Shown: positions 57,115-64,000 of the stretch, one piece after another | Numbering within the stretch: position 1 is the stretch's first letter | Layout: every line of letters starts with the position of its first letter | NCBI GenBank assembly: GCA_963826535.1 | Contig: CAWGXL010000010.1 | Span: 170,814-234,813, forward strand | Source: an uncultured bacterium | Lineage (GTDB): Bacteria > Patescibacteriota > Microgenomatia > Levybacterales > UBA12049 | Direction: 5' to 3' | DNA length: 64,000 nt | Notes under the pieces: generated by a model | What the model was told of the DNA's origin: nothing | What the model saw: the letters and a program-made list of their open reading frames with translations, nothing else | Databases searched by the model: none | Position numbers and translations under genes: made by a program

Positions 57115-58020
57115 TTAACCTATTTTAGTATTGCAAGAATCAAGAACCTCATTTTGTTTTAGTCTTACAGTTTCTCTACTCATTTTTAGATCCTTACCGA
57201 TACTAGGATGAGTCCTGTTTTCAACAAATCGCTCATGCATTATAAATCTCTCTATATCAGATGAATGTTCGAGTATGTCTTCCATCACACCTGCCACCTC
57301 GATACGAAGAACCCCGTTAAATGTAGGATCATTCGGAACAAATTCTTGATCTTCGTGAAGCAAGTGTGGATTTTTTCGTATGATATAAGCTTTCAATGCG
57401 TTTTTACTAATACGATTTTTTTCACTGGTATCATCTGATATTGCCTCAATTGTATCTTTGCCTATATCACTAACCGACTGATCTATATCATGAAAGATTC
57501 TTCTTTTTATCCAATGAACTGGTACTCCAAACTCTTTTAAATAAAAATAACCTACAGCCCCAAGTGTAAAATTACTCACCTGAATGTTAATTGGGGTTTG
57601 CTCATTAAATTTTTTTGCTTTTTCATTTACTTTGTCTAATACATCCTGAACTAAATCACTGTTCACATTTATATCGTCTGAAAGATATGGTTTAATCACA
57701 CCAAGAATTGTCTTTAAATTAACCGCGATAAACACCTGCTTACCCATTCCGGATATTTTTGGATCATCGCTAGTTATTGCTTCTTTTGCTTTTTTATTAA
57801 CCCCGGCAGATACATGTTTTGGTAGCTTTTCTGCAAACTGTGAATATAAATCAAAAAGTGATACATCTGCTCTGTGTTGAGCCATATATTCCTTATAGGT
57901 TTTATTATAAACACGGGCTATACTTGTGCTTGCGTCTTCCAAGCTCATTTTTTTTAAGTCGAAATTTTTTAATTCTATTTCAGCAGGATTTTGTCCATGT
58001 CCCAAAGCTTCTTTAATCAT
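57115..58020 (-). CDS. hypothetical protein with C-terminal sigma-70 region-4-like helix-turn-helix
   Basis: The C-terminal ~50 aa (ERFIMHERFVENRTHPSIGKDLKMSRETVRLKQNEVL) resemble sigma70 r4 / LuxR-type HTH. The N-terminal 240 aa are unassigned. Confidence 0.4.
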   Translation of the reverse strand: MIKEALGHGQNPAEIELKNFDLKKMSLEDASTSIARVYNKTYKEYMAQHRADVSLFDLYSQFAEKLPKHVSAGVNKKAKEAITSDDPKISGMGKQVFIAVNLKTILGVIKPYLSDDINVNSDLVQDVLDKVNEKAKKFNEQTPINIQVSNFTLGAVGYFYLKEFGVPVHWIKRRIFHDIDQSVSDIGKDTIEAISDDTSEKNRISKNALKAYIIRKNPHLLHEDQEFVPNDPTFNGVLRIEVAGVMEDILEHSSDIERFIMHERFVENRTHPSIGKDLKMSRETVRLKQNEVLDSCNTKIG

Positions 58021-58093
58021 AGCAATATTCTACTATAAGACATATGCAATCACAACACTTTATACTTTTTGATTTATTCTTTATACTATACAC

Positions 58094-59206
58094 ATGAGAA
58101 TAGGTATCGACGTAAGGCTATGGAGTGAGACCGGCGTAGGACGTTACATCAGAAACTTAGTAAAAAAACTGCAAATTTTAGATAAAAACAACCAATACGT
58201 TCTGTTTGTCAGATCTCAAAATTATTCTGACATAAATTCTAAAATTGCAGCTACCAACTTTAAGCTAATTAAAGCAGATATTCACTGGCATTCGATTGCT
58301 GAGCAGATAATATTTCCAAATCTTCTTAACAAAGAAAATCTTGACCTTATGCATTTTCCATATTTTTCTCTCCCCATTTTTTATTCTCGGCCTTTTGTGG
58401 TGACTGTGCATGATTTAATTATCAACCATTTTCCAACCGGCAAAGCATCCACCTTGCCTTACCCAATGTACATTGTCAAACGGTTTGGTTATGATTTTGT
58501 TATTAAAAATGCGGTAAAAAATGCTACCAAGATTATTGTCCCCTTGCACGTGGTAAAAGATGATTTAGTTCAAACACTTGGGGTACAAGCAAATAAAATT
58601 ATGGTTACATATGAAGGCGCTTCTTTAAAGTTAAAGGGAAAAGAAGAAATCGGGAAGAACGCCTCGCCCTTCTTTTTGTATGTAGGGAATGCCTATCCTC
58701 ATAAAAATTTAGAATTCTTGATAAATGCGTTTACTAAGTTTAAAAAAGATATAAAGAAAGATATGCATCTCGTTCTTGTAGGTGAAAATGATTTTTTCTA
58801 TAAAAGACTAAGTGAATTGGTTGAAAAAGAAAAAATTTCTGGAATAATTTTCCGTCACGATGTTGGCGATGAAGAACTAGCTTTACTTTATTCTCAAGCA
58901 ACTGCTTATGTTTCTGCATCACTTATGGAGGGATTTGGCTTACCGCCGCTTGAAGCAATGGCAGCAAACTGTTCTGTTTTACTCTCGGATATACCATCTT
59001 TTAGGGAAGTATGCAGGGATGCGGCTTTTTATTTTGATCCACGAGAATTATCTTCTCTTACCCAAAATTTGACTTTAGTATATAATCTTGACCCGAAAAC
59101 TAAAGAAAAACATTTAACAAATGGCCTTGAAAGGACAAAAGATTTCTCCTGGGAGAAAATGGCCAAAGAGACGAAGGAAATTTATGAAAGTTGCTTTAGT
59201 TTATGA
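58094..59206 (+). CDS. GT4 family glycosyltransferase
   Basis: MRIGIDVRLWSETGVGRYIRN N-terminus and a C-terminal EGFGLPPLEAMAANCSVL motif. Confidence 0.8.
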   Translation: MRIGIDVRLWSETGVGRYIRNLVKKLQILDKNNQYVLFVRSQNYSDINSKIAATNFKLIKADIHWHSIAEQIIFPNLLNKENLDLMHFPYFSLPIFYSRPFVVTVHDLIINHFPTGKASTLPYPMYIVKRFGYDFVIKNAVKNATKIIVPLHVVKDDLVQTLGVQANKIMVTYEGASLKLKGKEEIGKNASPFFLYVGNAYPHKNLEFLINAFTKFKKDIKKDMHLVLVGENDFFYKRLSELVEKEKISGIIFRHDVGDEELALLYSQATAYVSASLMEGFGLPPLEAMAANCSVLLSDIPSFREVCRDAAFYFDPRELSSLTQNLTLVYNLDPKTKEKHLTNGLERTKDFSWEKMAKETKEIYESCFSL

Positions 59207-60257
59207 TCGGGTCAACAAATTAGGAGGAGCAGAAAGAGTTTTGCTTGCACTGCATGAATTATACCCGGAGGCCCCAATATATACGTCAGTCTTAAACTCT
59301 AAAAAAGCTCTCTGGGCTAATGTATTTAATATAATTACATCATTTTTACAAAAACTACCTCATGCCGCGTCTCATCATGAACTTTTAGCAACTCTCATGC
59401 CGATTGCTTTTGAGAGCTTTTCATTTGATGAATTTGATTTAGTGATAAGCATCACCTCCGAATCAGCAAAGGGAATAATTACAAAACCAACTACTAAGCA
59501 TATCTGTTATTGCCTCACTCCAACAAGATATCTCTGGAGCGGATATGACGAGTATTTTAAAAACCAATTTTTTAAAATTCTTGCGTATCCCCTAGTTTCA
59601 TACTTGCGCACCTGGGACAAAATAGCGGCGAATCGTCCTGATTTCTACATCGCTATATCAAACGAAGTAAAAAAGAGAATAAAAAAATATTACGACTTAG
59701 AATCGGAAGTGGTCTATCCTCCCCTATATATAAGCAGTAAAAAGAGAACAATAAAAAATAATAAAAGCAACTTTTTTCTTGTTGTATCGCGCTTAATTGC
59801 TTACAAAAGAATAGATCTGGCAATTGAAGCATGTAATGCATTGCAACTACCTTTAAAAATCATAGGCACAGGCCACGAAGAAAAGATCCTAAAAAAAATA
59901 GCGGGCCCATCAGTGGAATTTCTCGGTAACTTGACGGATGATAAGCTTATAGTGTATTATACACAAGCAAAGGCGCTCCTTTGTCCCGGTATAGAAGATT
60001 TTGGTCTGACAATAATTGAAGCCCAAAAATATGGAACGCCTGTTATTGCATTCAGAGGTGGCGGAGCGTTAGAAACAATTATTGAAAGGAAAACAGGATT
60101 ATTCTTTGATAAGCAAAAAAAGGATTCACTTATACAAACGCTCAATGAATTCAGTAAATATAACTTTAATAGCGAAGACTGTGTAAAACAAGCCGCAGCA
60201 TTTAGCTTCAAAAAGTTTAAAGCCAATTTTACTTTACTTGTGGACAAAGTGATTTAA
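59184..60257 (+). CDS. GT4 family glycosyltransferase
   Basis: The start is taken at ATG 59184 (MKVALVYDRVNKLGGAERV) with AGGAAA 5 nt upstream. It overlaps the upstream gene by 23 nt. C-terminal EDFGLTIIEAQKYGTPVIA motif. Confidence 0.8.
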   Translation: MKVALVYDRVNKLGGAERVLLALHELYPEAPIYTSVLNSKKALWANVFNIITSFLQKLPHAASHHELLATLMPIAFESFSFDEFDLVISITSESAKGIITKPTTKHICYCLTPTRYLWSGYDEYFKNQFFKILAYPLVSYLRTWDKIAANRPDFYIAISNEVKKRIKKYYDLESEVVYPPLYISSKKRTIKNNKSNFFLVVSRLIAYKRIDLAIEACNALQLPLKIIGTGHEEKILKKIAGPSVEFLGNLTDDKLIVYYTQAKALLCPGIEDFGLTIIEAQKYGTPVIAFRGGGALETIIERKTGLFFDKQKKDSLIQTLNEFSKYNFNSEDCVKQAAAFSFKKFKANFTLLVDKVI

Positions 60258-60289
60258 TATTATAATATATCAGTACAACAGAATTATTT

Positions 60290-61372
60290 ATGAAAATTAT
60301 TATTTTCGCAGGTGGAGTCGGCACAAGATTATGGCCTCTCTCCCGGAAAAATTCACCAAAACAATTCGGCAAAATGGTAGGCGAACATTCTACCTTACAA
60401 CAAGCGGTTTCCAGATTATTGCCGGAATTTAATGCTGCAGATATTTATATCGCAACTGGCAAACAATATAAAGATATTGTAATTGAACAGTTGCCGACAA
60501 TTCCAAAAGAAAACTTCATTTTCGAGCCTGCGTTACAAGATGTAGGTCCGGCTATTGGATTATCTGCATTTCTGCTCGAGAAAAATTTCAGTGATGAACC
60601 CGTAGCAATAATTTGGAGCGATCATATGGTAAAAAATGATATCGCCTTTCGCCAGGCGCTTCGCCTTGCGGAAAAGCAAATACTTGGGAACCAATCGGAA
60701 TTTATTTTTATAGCTCAGAAGGCTCGATTTGCAAATCAAAATTGCGGTTGGATAGAACTAGGTGAAAAGATCGAAGATGCTGATAACGCAACAATTTTTA
60801 AATTCAAAAGATTATGTTACCGGCCCAAGCAGGAAGAAGCTGAAGAATTTTTCAAGAACGAAAACTTTATATGGAATTTAGGCTATTTTGTAACAACACC
60901 AAAATATCTAATGACTATGTACAAAAACTACATGCCAGAAATGTATGAGAAACTATTACTTATACAAAATTCTGTAGGCACCCCGGATTTTGAAAAAACC
61001 CTTGATGAGACTTACCCGACATTACAGAAAATAAGTTTTGACGATGCGATATTAGTAAAATTAAATTCCGATAATTTTAGAGTAATCGCCGCAGACCTGG
61101 AATGGAGTGATGTCGGCACATGGGATGCACTCAAAGAAGCGCTTTCAGGAAATAAGGATGAGAATATTACACTTGGGGATGTTGTGTTAGAAAATACAAA
61201 AGATACACTACTTTTTAATTACGACAAAAAATTATGTCTCGGAATTGATCTAAACGAATTTATTATCATTAATACCGAGGATGTTTTATTAATTTGTCCA
61301 AAAAGCTCAGTACCAAAAATCAAAAAATTTGTTGAAAAACTAAATGGTACCGCGTATGAACATCTGGTGTAA
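60290..61372 (+). CDS. manC: mannose-1-phosphate guanylyltransferase
   Basis: MKIIIFAGGVGTRLWPLSRKNSPKQF signature. 360 aa, without a PMI domain. Confidence 0.75.
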   Translation: MKIIIFAGGVGTRLWPLSRKNSPKQFGKMVGEHSTLQQAVSRLLPEFNAADIYIATGKQYKDIVIEQLPTIPKENFIFEPALQDVGPAIGLSAFLLEKNFSDEPVAIIWSDHMVKNDIAFRQALRLAEKQILGNQSEFIFIAQKARFANQNCGWIELGEKIEDADNATIFKFKRLCYRPKQEEAEEFFKNENFIWNLGYFVTTPKYLMTMYKNYMPEMYEKLLLIQNSVGTPDFEKTLDETYPTLQKISFDDAILVKLNSDNFRVIAADLEWSDVGTWDALKEALSGNKDENITLGDVVLENTKDTLLFNYDKKLCLGIDLNEFIIINTEDVLLICPKSSVPKIKKFVEKLNGTAYEHLV

Positions 61373-61374
61373 TA

Positions 61375-62037
61375 ATGTACACTAAAATTAAAAAAAAATA
61401 TCCTTACAAGTTCTTAAAAAGAACAATAGATGTTGTTTTCACCATAATTCTACTGATCATTTTCTCACCTGTTATAGTCGCAGTCGCTCTAGCTATCAAA
61501 ATAAATTCACCGGGCCCTGTTTTTGCCGATACGCCTGAAAGAGTAGGAAAAAATGGAAAGAGATTTAAGATGTACAAATTCCGGTCTATGATACAAAATG
61601 CTCACCAAATGTTACGGGAAGACCCAAAGTACTTGGAGCTATTTAACAAATACAAAAAAAGTAGTTACAAGTTAAAAGATGATCCAAGAATTACCTCTGT
61701 AGGCCGCTTTATTCGCAAGCACTCTCTTGATGAAATGCCTCAATTTTTTAATGTTTTGAAGGGGGAAATGAGTATTGTCGGTCCAAGAGCTTATTATCCG
61801 GATGAACTTGAAGAACAACAAAAAAAATATCCGTATACCAAAAAAGCTGTAAAAATTGTGATATCAGTAAAACCTGGCATAACCGGTCTCTGGCAAGTCT
61901 CAGGGAGAAGCGATATCAATTTTGATAAGCGCATTCAAATGGATGCGGAATATGTAACAAGACGATCAATAAGATACGATCTATGGCTTATTTTAAAATC
62001 TCCCTGGGCTATGATCTCCGGCAAAGGAGCCCTATAA
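61375..62037 (+). CDS. initiating polyprenyl-phosphate phosphoglycosyltransferase (Bac_transf, PglC/WbaP C-domain type)
   Basis: Single N-terminal TM, then PGPVFADTPERVGKNGKRFKMYKFRSM ... MSIVGPRAY ... PGITGLWQVSGRSD. Confidence 0.85.
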   Translation: MYTKIKKKYPYKFLKRTIDVVFTIILLIIFSPVIVAVALAIKINSPGPVFADTPERVGKNGKRFKMYKFRSMIQNAHQMLREDPKYLELFNKYKKSSYKLKDDPRITSVGRFIRKHSLDEMPQFFNVLKGEMSIVGPRAYYPDELEEQQKKYPYTKKAVKIVISVKPGITGLWQVSGRSDINFDKRIQMDAEYVTRRSIRYDLWLILKSPWAMISGKGAL

Positions 62038-62073
62038 AATTTGACAACACCTCCAATGATTCAGTAAGATATT

Positions 62074-63991
62074 ATGGTGAGCGGCTTTGATAAAATTGAT
62101 CTTAATAATCTAAACCATTCTATGCCAAAAAGAAAAAATAAAAAACCCAAAAAACGCTCCCGGCGTACCATCATTGCAGTAGTTATATTTTTAATTATTG
62201 GACTTCTAATTGGATTCCCGGCGTATGCAACCTATAACTCTGGACTAAAAACCTATCGCCAATCAAAAGTATTATTTGACGCGGTCAAGAAGCAAAATAT
62301 CACCTTAGCATCTACCGAATTAGTAAAGACAAAAAAATCCCTGGAAGAGACACGAAGCTCCTTGCGGCTCCTTTCACCGCTCAAATTTATACCTGTACTA
62401 AATTGGTACTATAACGACGCTGATCATCTGCTAACGGCAGGACACCATAGTCTTGAAAGTGCGGGTATAGCCATAGATGCTATAGAGCCATACGCAGACG
62501 TGTTAGGCTTGAAAGGGCAGGGAAGCTTTACTGCCGGTTCTGCGGAAGAACGTATAAGAACAGCCATCCTAACTGCCGGTAAAATTACACCCAAGATCGA
62601 CCAAATTTCTGAGTCTCTCACCCAGGTTCGAAGTGAAATTGATCAGGTAAACCCCGATCATTACCCATCCCTTATATTTGGAAACAATATTAGAACACAG
62701 TTAATAACAGTAAAAAAACTTGCGGATGATGGAACCGCGTTCGTTACAGAAGCCAGGCCGCTTATAAAAGTCCTCCCTTCACTTTTAGGAGAATCAAAAG
62801 AAAAGAAATACTTAATTCTCTTTCAAAATGACAAAGAACTTCGCCCCACCGGAGGCTTTATTACAGCGTATGCTATTTTACGGGTCGATAAAGGTGTTAT
62901 ACACATCGACAAATCGGAAGATATTTATAGCCTGGATGATTCAATACCCAACAAGCCCAGGGCACCTGCGCCAATTCTCAAATACCTGGCCGGAGTAAGC
63001 ACTTTTAATCTGCGCGATAGCAATCTTTCCCCGGATTTTATTGAGTCTATGAAGACATTTAACTCAATGTACGATAAAGCCGGCGATAGAGTAGATATAG
63101 ACGGCATCATTGCTATGGATACCAATGTTCTTGTGTCTACAATTAAAATACTTGATGACCAAGTCTCTGCAGGTGGCCTCACATTTACTTCCAAAGATGA
63201 CCCCCGCTGTGATTGCCCGCAAGTTATCTATGAGCTTGAAGATAATATCTCCCGCCCGTCAATTATGTAAAAGTAAAAGAAAAGGTCTTCTGGGAGAATT
63301 GCTGCAGGCATTAATGACCAAAGCTCTTTCTTCCTCTCCGAAAATCTATTGGGGTCCATTATTCCAAACTTTAATCGCTCAAACAAATGAAAAACATGTA
63401 CTTTTCTATCTTTTTGATAAGGACGCCCAAAGTGGTATTGAAGCGCTTAACGCGGCCGGAAGAATCAAAGACTTCGATGGAGATTATCTGCACATAAATG
63501 AAACCAGTTTTTCCGGTGCGAAAGTAAATATCTTCCTGCAACAGGAAATAGAAAATAATTTTGACTTCAAAGACGACGGTACCATAACTAAAACAGTCGT
63601 AGTTCACTATAAAAACCCTTATCCGCCATCGGATTGTAATCTAGAAAGGGGAGGCTTGTGTCTTAACGCTGAATACAGAGACTGGTTCCGTATCTATGTG
63701 CCCAAAGGAAGCAAGCTCGTAGAAAGTAAGGGCTCACAAGTAAAAATTTCAACCTACGATGAATTAGACAAGACAGTTTTTGACGGCTTTCTGACAGTGA
63801 GACCCAAAGGAATAGCTACCCTCACTATAACCTATACCTTGCCGTTTAAACTTACCTCGAGCTCCCCCTTGCCTGTACTTATTCAAAAGCAGCCGGGAAC
63901 CGGTGGTAATAAATATACGATCAACGTAAATGGCAACACCAAAGAATCTTTTGAACTCTTTGCCGATCGGGAACTAAAACTTCAAAAATGA
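62074..63991 (+). pseudogene. DUF4012-family protein gene interrupted by a frameshift (ORFs 62074..63270 and 63110..63991)
   Basis: N-terminal TM and an LRPTGGFITAY motif. The frame-1 ORF ends at CDCPQVIYELEDNISRPSIM*. The plausible protein sequence continues in frame 2 (ARQLCKSKRKGLLGELLQALMTKAL...) to 63991, so the shift is near 63240-63270. Confidence 0.55.
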
Positions 63992-64000
63992 GGACATACA

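Noticed and set aside
1-64000. tRNA/rRNA genes, transposases, integrases, phage genes, toxin-antitoxin or defence systems
   Set aside because: No GC-rich cloverleaf-like islands, no rRNA-like conserved stretches and no recombinase or nuclease motifs were seen. The window is almost entirely envelope-glycan metabolism.

Overview
This 64-kb window is AT-rich (roughly 30-35% GC) and gene-dense, with frequent ATGA start/stop overlaps. Most genes lack an obvious Shine-Dalgarno sequence, and at least one appears to be transcribed leaderless. TGA is used as a stop, so the standard code applies. The content fits a small-genome, Patescibacteria/CPR-like bacterium, and a DUF4012 gene is consistent with that. 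Nearly the whole window is one giant cell-envelope glycan / protein-glycosylation island.

Contents of the island:
- About 8 polytopic GT-C glycosyltransferases of the PMT_2/ArnT-like family, several of them paralogous.
- 4 polyprenol-phosphate-sugar synthases (GT2, Dpm1/ArnC/GtrB-like).
- A small 4-TM flippase-like protein.
- 7 GT4 and about 7 further GT2 enzymes.
- A Wzm/Wzt ABC exporter.
- Two Wzy_C (O-antigen-ligase / O-oligosaccharyltransferase-like) proteins, one of them fused to a GT-C domain.
- A PglC/WbaP-type initiating phosphoglycosyltransferase.
- A 937-aa methyltransferase-coiled-coil-GT2-GT2 fusion reminiscent of Geobacillus WsaE.
- A complete GDP-D-glycero-alpha-D-manno-heptose pathway (transaldolase, GmhA, HddA, GmhB, HddC).
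- ManC, GalE, a UDP-sugar 6-dehydrogenase, SDR and Gfo/Idh/MocA oxidoreductases, 4 stand-alone SAM methyltransferases and an acetyltransferase.

A highly expressed (strong SD) secreted repeat protein with a striking Asp/His/Lys/Tyr-rich low-complexity region lies between two decayed fragments of a GT-C/GT2 cassette.

The locus shows heavy paralog turnover:
- Three gene remnants.
- A tandem duplication with one decayed copy.
- A truncated GT4 duplicate.
- Three apparently frameshifted genes (GT2, GT4, DUF4012).

No rRNA, tRNA, CRISPR array, transposase or integrase was seen.
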